From the NCBI GenBank assembly GCA_964426555.1, contig CAYRQJ010000005.1, positions 5,901 to 69,900 on the forward strand: a stretch of DNA of 64,000 nucleotides. The letters are read 5' to 3'. This stretch comes from an uncultured Candidatus Saccharibacteria bacterium (GTDB lineage: Bacteria; Patescibacteriota; Minisyncoccia; Phycocordibacterales; UBA9973). Below the pieces are notes generated by a model that saw only the letters and a program-made list of their open reading frames with translations, made no database searches and had not been told where the DNA came from. Shown one piece after another: positions 58,009 to 64,000 of the stretch. The position numbers were made by a program, and so were the translations under genes. The stretch's first letter is position 1; each line of letters opens with the position of its first letter.

Positions 58009-61000
58009 ATGACTAAGTCAAAAATCGTCGCTTTCGTAGCTGCGTTTGCTGTTCTTGTTTCAGCTGGTACAACATCAGCTGCTTACATGTTCAACACAAA
58101 CCTTGGCTTCGGAATGCGCAATAGTGATGTTAAAGAACTTCAAATGCGTCTAAACGCAGAAGTTGCTACAACATTGCCTGGTACAACATACTTCGGATCT
58201 TTAACTAAATCTGCAGTACAAAAATACCAAGCTATGAAGTCAATTTCTACAACTGGATTCGTTGGTCCTTTGACTCGTGCTGCTCTTAATGGTTCTACAG
58301 CTCCATCAGGAAATCTTCCTGCAGGTTGTACAACAACTTCTGGATTTTCTCCAATATCAGGTGCTCCATGTAATGGAACAACAGGAAACACACAAACAGG
58401 TCCTGTAACAGCAATGTTAGCTACAACTAACCCAGCTTCAAGTACTCTTGTTGCAGGTCAAGCTACAGCAAACATGGCTCAATTCACATTTAGTGGAACA
58501 GGTACAGTTACAAGTGTAACTCTACAAAGAATTGGAGTATCAGCTGACTCAACTCCTTCAAACGTGTACCTATTTGATGGTGCTACTCGTTTGACAGATG
58601 CTGCTGCTGTTACAAACAATGGTATGGTAACATTTAACAATCCTTCAGGTATCTTTATGGTAAGTGGTTCAAAAACTATTTCTGTAAAATCTGATATTGC
58701 TTCTGGAACTTCAGGGCAAACTGTTGGATTTAGTTTGAACTCATTTGCTACTTCAGCAGGTACAACTACAGCTAATATCTCTGGAAACATCCACTCAATA
58801 GCTTCAGCTACTCTTGCTACAGTTGCTCACAACACAGTTACTCCTTCATCTGCTACAGTTAATCCTGGTTCAGGAATTACTGTTTGGCAAGATACATTTA
58901 CTATCTCAAACAGAGATGTAATGATGAAGCGTTTAGCTCTTCGCCAAGTTGGTTCAGCTCCTGCTAGTTCTTTCCAAAACTTCAAACTATATGTAAATGG
59001 TTTGCAAGCTGGAACAGCTACTGGTGTTGACGCAATGGGATATGTTACATTTGACATGTCTGCTGCTCCAGTTTCTCTTGTTTCTGGATCACGCGTAGTT
59101 CGTGTTGATGCTGACATCGTTTCAGGTTCTTCAAGAACATTCCAATTTTCACTTCGTCAAGCTGCTGATGTTGACTTCGTTGACTCATCATTTGGCGTAA
59201 ATATTACACCTGGTATCTTTACAGGTTCTACATGTACAAGTTCATGTACTCCTTGGACTTCTGCGGCTGCTAACACAATCTCAGGAACATCAGGAGGAAC
59301 ACTTACAATTCAAAAAGATAATGCATCTCCTTCAACAAGTCTTACTTTAAATGGAAATGACGTTAATCTTGGAACATTCAAAGTAACTGCTTACGGTGAA
59401 GCAATCAAAATTGAAACATTAACACCAGGATTTACATTTACAGATGGTGGTGCAGCTAACGCTGCTGCTACTTTACGTAATGGACGTCTTTTGATTAATG
59501 GTGTCGCTTATGGTTCAACAGCAACATTGCTTGCTGCTGGTACATCATTTACTACAAACTATACAGTGTACCCAGGTACTCCTGTAATGGTTGAAGTACA
59601 TGCTGATGTATACGATAACGATGGAACAGGATCACTTGATACAAGTGATACTATCCAAGCAAAAATCGTAACTGGTTCATCAAATGCACAACGCATGGAT
59701 TCATTGGGTTCATTTAACGCTCCTTCAAGTCCTGTTACAGCTAACACACTTCCTATAGCTACAGGAACAATGACTCTTGCAAAAAATGGTACATATGTTA
59801 ACCAAACAACAACACTTCCTACAACTAACTTCAAAGTTGGTTCATGGAATCTTACAGGTTCTTCAACAGAAGATATTCTTCTAACAACACTTTCACTTGA
59901 TGTTGATGCAGTTTCTGACAACTCATTTGAAAATGGTGATTTGACAAACATGTATGTAGTTGTAAAAAATGGTTCAAATGTAGTTGCTCAACCTTCTGCT
60001 CGTCAAACTGCTACAGCTGCAGATAATAATTTCTCAATAAACTACACTCTTCCAAAGGGTCAAACTTTGAGTATTGAATTATATGCTGATTTAGCTGATG
60101 ATGGTCTTAATGCTGCAGCTGGTTCTGAAGCTATTACTTCAACTGATTCAGTTAAGACAGATCTTACTGTTACAGGTATTTCACTTGTTGGTAATACTTC
60201 TGTAACTGCAACTTCTGCTGATACTGATGGTCAAACAATTGCTTACGGTGCTCCTACTCTAACAGCTACTCTAGATGCTTCATCTCCAGTAATTGCTATG
60301 GTTAGTGATAACCAAACAACAGATTCTGCTGCGTTTAAATTCTCAGCATTAACTGCTAATGCTACTGTTACTGATCTTACATTTACACTTCCAGCTGCTG
60401 CTGCGACAGTTGTTAATAATGTACATCTTTACGAAGGTTCAACTTTGATCGCTTCAAGAGCAGGTGCTACAACAGTTACATTCTCTGGTCTAACATGGGG
60501 TGTTACTGCTAACACATCAAAAGTTCTAACAGTTAAACTAGAATTAGGTTCAATTGGTTACGGTGCTGGTACAACAGGTGCTACATTAACTACAACACTT
60601 ACAGGATTTACTGCTGTTCAAGCAGGAGTTTCTGATGCTTCAGCAAACGATGCTGGTCCATCTATTGAAAATGATCCAGCAGGTGTTGCGTTAATTACTC
60701 GCGCTGCTGTTCCTTCAATATCACAAGGTACACTTTCAACTTCATTAGTTAATGCTATTGAAAATGATATGTACAGCTTCACAGTTTCTCCAGCTGGTGG
60801 TTCAGTTGCTGTAAAACAATTGAAATTCACAGTTGTTGTTAACGATAACGTAGGTACAAACGACACATTGACAGTTGGTTCATTCAAACTGTTCCGTGGT
60901 TCAACAGATATCACTTCATTAGTTGATATCCACAATACTGCAGGTGCTACAATCGAGAGTACAAACTCTTTGGCTGAAGGTACTTCAACAGCTATTGTTA

Positions 61001-61407
61001 CATGGGCAACTGAAGAACAAATTAGTACAGCTACAACATTCACTTTGAAGGCAACTCCAACTGGATTTAGTACTGCTGCTGATGATGATTACATCAATGT
61101 AAACATGGCTTACGATAGTGCAGCTCATACTGCAGCTAATAGTTACTTGATCGACCTTGACACTACAGGGGCACAAGCAACTATCGGTCTTGCACCAACA
61201 GGTGGTGCAGCTCAAGATGATTCAACTCATGGTACTGATGGTGCTACAGTTACTGATGGTCCAAATGTAATTTGGTCTGATATTTCTGCTCTGCCTCACT
61301 CTGAGACAGTTGTAGATGCAGGAACTACTGCTACTTCATCAGCTGATTGGGCTAATGGTTACTTGATACAATCAATGCCTCTAACTGGTCTAACTAAGAA
61401 CAACTAA
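58009..61407 (+). CDS. Large secreted Thr/Ser/Ala-rich surface (S-layer-like) protein with N-terminal peptidoglycan-binding domain
   Basis: Signal peptide; PG_binding_1-like DVKELQMRLN...YFGSLTKSAVQKYQ...GFVGPLTRAALN; long beta-rich body; strongly biased (GCT/ACA/TCA/GGT) codon usage. Confidence 0.8.
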   Translation: MTKSKIVAFVAAFAVLVSAGTTSAAYMFNTNLGFGMRNSDVKELQMRLNAEVATTLPGTTYFGSLTKSAVQKYQAMKSISTTGFVGPLTRAALNGSTAPSGNLPAGCTTTSGFSPISGAPCNGTTGNTQTGPVTAMLATTNPASSTLVAGQATANMAQFTFSGTGTVTSVTLQRIGVSADSTPSNVYLFDGATRLTDAAAVTNNGMVTFNNPSGIFMVSGSKTISVKSDIASGTSGQTVGFSLNSFATSAGTTTANISGNIHSIASATLATVAHNTVTPSSATVNPGSGITVWQDTFTISNRDVMMKRLALRQVGSAPASSFQNFKLYVNGLQAGTATGVDAMGYVTFDMSAAPVSLVSGSRVVRVDADIVSGSSRTFQFSLRQAADVDFVDSSFGVNITPGIFTGSTCTSSCTPWTSAAANTISGTSGGTLTIQKDNASPSTSLTLNGNDVNLGTFKVTAYGEAIKIETLTPGFTFTDGGAANAAATLRNGRLLINGVAYGSTATLLAAGTSFTTNYTVYPGTPVMVEVHADVYDNDGTGSLDTSDTIQAKIVTGSSNAQRMDSLGSFNAPSSPVTANTLPIATGTMTLAKNGTYVNQTTTLPTTNFKVGSWNLTGSSTEDILLTTLSLDVDAVSDNSFENGDLTNMYVVVKNGSNVVAQPSARQTATAADNNFSINYTLPKGQTLSIELYADLADDGLNAAAGSEAITSTDSVKTDLTVTGISLVGNTSVTATSADTDGQTIAYGAPTLTATLDASSPVIAMVSDNQTTDSAAFKFSALTANATVTDLTFTLPAAAATVVNNVHLYEGSTLIASRAGATTVTFSGLTWGVTANTSKVLTVKLELGSIGYGAGTTGATLTTTLTGFTAVQAGVSDASANDAGPSIENDPAGVALITRAAVPSISQGTLSTSLVNAIENDMYSFTVSPAGGSVAVKQLKFTVVVNDNVGTNDTLTVGSFKLFRGSTDITSLVDIHNTAGATIESTNSLAEGTSTAIVTWATEEQISTATTFTLKATPTGFSTAADDDYINVNMAYDSAAHTAANSYLIDLDTTGAQATIGLAPTGGAAQDDSTHGTDGATVTDGPNVIWSDISALPHSETVVDAGTTATSSADWANGYLIQSMPLTGLTKNN

Positions 61408-61457
61408 TGTTCATAGTTTAACCAACAAAGGTTAAAAAGTATCTTTCTTTAAAAAAG

Positions 61458-61492
61458 AAACAAAAACACCCCGAAAGGGGTGTTTTTGTTTT
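61458..61492 (+). terminator. Strong terminator after the surface-protein gene
   Basis: aaacaaaaacacccc-gaaa-ggggtgtttttgttt. Confidence 0.85.
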
Positions 61493-61517
61493 GGTTAATT
61501 TTTGCTATAATGACTGT

Positions 61518-62177
61518 ATGAAAAATCAAAAAATAAAAAATATAATTATATTATTAACAGTAATATTAGCAGGTTTTCTAATTTTTTCTTATTATTCGAA
61601 ACCAAAAGAATCCTTAAACAATAGTGAAAATACACAAAATCAAGAAGAAGTTACTACAATAGTTGATAAAAATAAAGATACTGGATCTGTTACCCAATCT
61701 TCTGATCTTGAACAAAAATTTAATGCGTCTATGGTTTCAGCTCGAAATGCTATGCTAAAAGCTGATTATTCTTCTGCAATCAAATATTACAATCAAGCTT
61801 TAGAATATAAACAAGATGATACTGCTTACGCTGGTTTGTTTACGGTATATTTAACACAAAAAAATTGGCAAAAAGCTTTTGATTCAGTTAATAAAGCTAT
61901 ATCAATTAGTCCTGTTTGGGGTGATTATTGGAAATGGAAAATATTAGTTATGAACGAAGGCCTGAAAGCAACCTTTACAGATCTAAAAAAAGTTTACGAA
62001 GAAGGGTATTTAAAAACTAAGACAGAAGAAAAAATTAATCTTGTTACTTATTTTGCTAGTATTGCTAGTTCAAAGAATCAAAAAGAATACGCAATTTCTT
62101 TATGGCAAAAAGCTATAGAATTATCTCCCGAAAATAAAGCTACTTATCAAGCAGAAATAGATAGATTAAATAAGTAA
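61518..62177 (+). CDS. Membrane-anchored TPR protein
   Basis: TM helix followed by TPR patterns (AIKYYNQALE, AISLWQKAIELSP). Confidence 0.8.
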   Translation: MKNQKIKNIIILLTVILAGFLIFSYYSKPKESLNNSENTQNQEEVTTIVDKNKDTGSVTQSSDLEQKFNASMVSARNAMLKADYSSAIKYYNQALEYKQDDTAYAGLFTVYLTQKNWQKAFDSVNKAISISPVWGDYWKWKILVMNEGLKATFTDLKKVYEEGYLKTKTEEKINLVTYFASIASSKNQKEYAISLWQKAIELSPENKATYQAEIDRLNK

Positions 62178-62248
62178 GGTCTATATATACAAAATCCCCC
62201 TGATGGGGGATTTTGTAATTGTATTATCCATATAATCAATCTAAACTC

Positions 62249-62305
62249 ACCCAATACTTATCCACATGTATAGGTCTTGCCTTAACATGTGGATAAGTAT
62301 TGGGT
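62249..62305. repeat. 21-bp-stem inverted repeat containing REP copy 1 and two DnaA boxes
   Basis: acccaatacttatccacatgt...acatgtggataagtattgggt; the 31-bp unit lies on the minus strand at 62266-62296. Confidence 0.85.
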
Positions 62306-62343
62306 ATTGCTAGTTTTGTTTATTTGTGTTATGGTAGCTTATT

Positions 62344-62850
62344 ATGAAATTACAAGAAATCAAGGCAAAATTATTAAATAAAGTTGATAGCAAAATAGCT
62401 TGGACTATTGTTGGGACATTAGCTATTGTTCTAATCGTTGTGGTACTAGTTTGTAACACAAAAACTAACAAAATTAGTCAAGATGTATTAGATGGTAATA
62501 CAGCAGACAAGACTACTGAATCTAAAGAAGACATTGTAAAGCCAGTTGCTACCACAAAGCCAGTAGTAAAAATGAGTTATGCAAATGCATTAAATATTTA
62601 TAAAGACCGTCGTATTCAATTAAATGACGCTTGTCAGGCTATTCCAAATACAATGACTTTTAAAAACGGTACTACTATAATGATAGATAATCGTTCAAAG
62701 ACAGCTCGTAAACTAAATATAAATGGCGCGTATACTGTGGGATCATACGACTACATAACAGTAAAATTAACTTCAAACACACTACCTAAAACAATTTTAA
62801 TTGACTGTGGAGCTAGTCAAAACGTAGCAACAATCCTGTTACAAAAGTAA
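62344..62850 (+). CDS. Hypothetical single-TM exported protein
   Basis: TM helix plus a beta-rich C-domain with two Cys. Confidence 0.75.
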   Translation: MKLQEIKAKLLNKVDSKIAWTIVGTLAIVLIVVVLVCNTKTNKISQDVLDGNTADKTTESKEDIVKPVATTKPVVKMSYANALNIYKDRRIQLNDACQAIPNTMTFKNGTTIMIDNRSKTARKLNINGAYTVGSYDYITVKLTSNTLPKTILIDCGASQNVATILLQK

Positions 62851-62885
62851 AATAATTTTTAACTTTTAAAAATAAAAATTCCTAC

Positions 62886-62916
62886 TTATCCACATGTTAA
62901 GGCAAGACCTATACAT
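62886..62916 (+). repeat. REP copy 2 (TTATCCACATGTTAAGGCAAGACCTATACAT)
   Basis: Exact 31-bp match to the other three copies. Confidence 0.9.
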
Positions 62917-63021
62917 ATCTGTATATGTATATATCTCAAAAGAGCAGCTTTATTGGCTGCTCTTTTTGTTTATACTGAACACCGCTTATTTAGTCTTTAG
63001 GATGTGTTTTCCTAAACTAAG

Positions 63022-63750
63022 TTATCCACATGTTAAGGCAAGACCTATACATGATAAAATTATAATAGTTATGAGTACAAGAAAAGTTTCATTTGTTTTG
63101 GGTGAATATTATCATCTGTATAACAGGGGTAATAGTAAACAACTAATTTTTCTTGATGATTCTGATAAAAGACATTTTATAAATCTTCTTTATTTATCAA
63201 ATACAACAAAAAGAGTTGTGATTGATCGTGTATCTAAAAATATATATGATTTCGACAGGGAAGAATGTCTAGTTTCAATAGGTGCGTATTGTTTGATGCC
63301 GAATCATTTTCATATTTTAATTACCGAAAAAACAAATGGTGGAATAAGTAAATTTATGCAAAAGTTAACAACTGCTTATTCAATGTATTTTAATAAAAAA
63401 TATAATAGAACTGGGGCATTATTTGAAGGAAAATTTAAATCACAACACTTGAATAAAGATGAATACTTGAAATATGTCTTTTCTTATATACACCTAAATC
63501 CTTTAAAATTAATAGATAAAGATTGGAAAATAAATGGAATACAAGATAAAACAAAAGCTTTGAATTACTTAAACACGTATCAAGAAAGTAGTTATTTAGA
63601 CTACCTTGATATTAATCGCAAGCAAGGACTGATACTTGATAGAGGATTATTCCCAGAATATTTTCCAAATAAATATTCTTTCGAAATCGAAATATTTGAC
63701 TGGTTATCTTATAACGAAGATGTATAGGTCTTGCCTTAACATGTGGATAA
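63022..63750. mobile_element. RAYT-like HUH transposase gene bracketed by inverted 31-bp repeats
   Basis: Copy 3 (+) at 63022-63052 and copy 4 (-) at 63720-63750 flank the transposase; its TAG stop lies inside copy 4. Confidence 0.75.
63071..63727 (+). CDS. REP-associated tyrosine transposase (Y1 HUH, IS200-fold)
   Basis: YYHLYNRGN, AYCLMPNHFHIL (HUH), GALFEGKF and YIHLNP (catalytic Tyr). Confidence 0.9.
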   Translation: MSTRKVSFVLGEYYHLYNRGNSKQLIFLDDSDKRHFINLLYLSNTTKRVVIDRVSKNIYDFDREECLVSIGAYCLMPNHFHILITEKTNGGISKFMQKLTTAYSMYFNKKYNRTGALFEGKFKSQHLNKDEYLKYVFSYIHLNPLKLIDKDWKINGIQDKTKALNYLNTYQESSYLDYLDINRKQGLILDRGLFPEYFPNKYSFEIEIFDWLSYNEDV

Positions 63751-63800
63751 CTATGTTTATTTAGTGTTGTGCTTTTTAAAAATTGTTATAATTTAGTTAT

Positions 63801-64000
63801 ATGAATATAAGACAGTTTTATGTGCTGATCTTTACTTTTTTATTAACAAATATTTTTGGAACTAATTTAGTTTTTGCTGATACGACATACAATAATGCTT
63901 TCCAGTTACAAGCTGAAGCTATAAATAACGGGGGATATATAAGGCTAACCAAATCTGGTTCGCCTTATTTTTTTCCTAATAGCTTACAAATTGAAGCAAA
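63801..64000 (+). CDS. Secreted protein, 3'-truncated by window edge
   Basis: ATG after TGTTATAAT; open to the window end; signal-peptide-like MNIRQFYVLIFTFLLTNIFGTNLVFA. Confidence 0.65.
   Translation, partial: MNIRQFYVLIFTFLLTNIFGTNLVFADTTYNNAFQLQAEAINNGGYIRLTKSGSPYFFPNSLQIEA

Noticed and set aside
58140-61215. Several antisense ORFs inside the surface-protein gene
   Set aside because: Shadow ORFs expected from strong codon bias on the sense strand; no recognisable motifs.
62894-63070. Upstream extension of the transposase ORF
   Set aside because: It runs through REP copies and a terminator-like hairpin; the family N-terminus begins at MSTRK (63071).
62249-63750. 31-bp repeats as a CRISPR array
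   Set aside because: Mixed orientation, spacing of 100-700 bp containing whole genes, and no cas genes.
62224-63750. DnaA-box cluster as oriC
   Set aside because: The boxes are embedded in transposase-associated repeats spread over several intergenic gaps, and no dnaA/dnaN is in the window. Not excluded without a GC-skew analysis, but unsupported.

Overview
This is an AT-rich chromosomal segment read with the standard bacterial code. Gene content points to a Patescibacteria/CPR (Parcubacteria-like) genome: pilMNO-type cluster, secE-nusG-rplK with no adjacent rplA, alpha2-type GlyRS, short MetRS, and a large PG-binding surface protein. This taxonomic placement is inference. The window is mostly housekeeping: translation genes (rpsL-rpsG-fusA, rpsF-ssb-rpsR, ileS, glyQS, metG, efp, tRNA-Arg), nucleotide metabolism, recA and ftsK. 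The most striking observation is a five-gene cluster (MazG-like pyrophosphatase, ThyA-fold enzyme, dCMP-deaminase-like protein, DHFR, SHMT). Its ThyA homolog has Asp in place of the dUMP-specifying Asn (RSNDMMLGCPFD), the known dCMP-specificity signature, which suggests an alternative dCMP -> 5-methyl-dCMP -> dTMP route. Other highlights: a minimal ileS T-box with an ultrashort Stem I and a terminator; an IleRS2 with a GIHH motif and an inserted histidine-phosphatase domain; a class Ic (Mn/Fe-type) RNR; a NaK-like channel with a shortened filter; two REP-like repeat systems (a RAYT with DnaA-box-containing 31-bp repeats, and a DUF559 nuclease with inverted repeats and solo copies); phased GGACAT boxes before a wHTH gene; a ~630-nt structured leader before the surface-protein gene; and pervasive apparently leaderless promoters. 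All calls come from reading motifs by eye; no searches were run.
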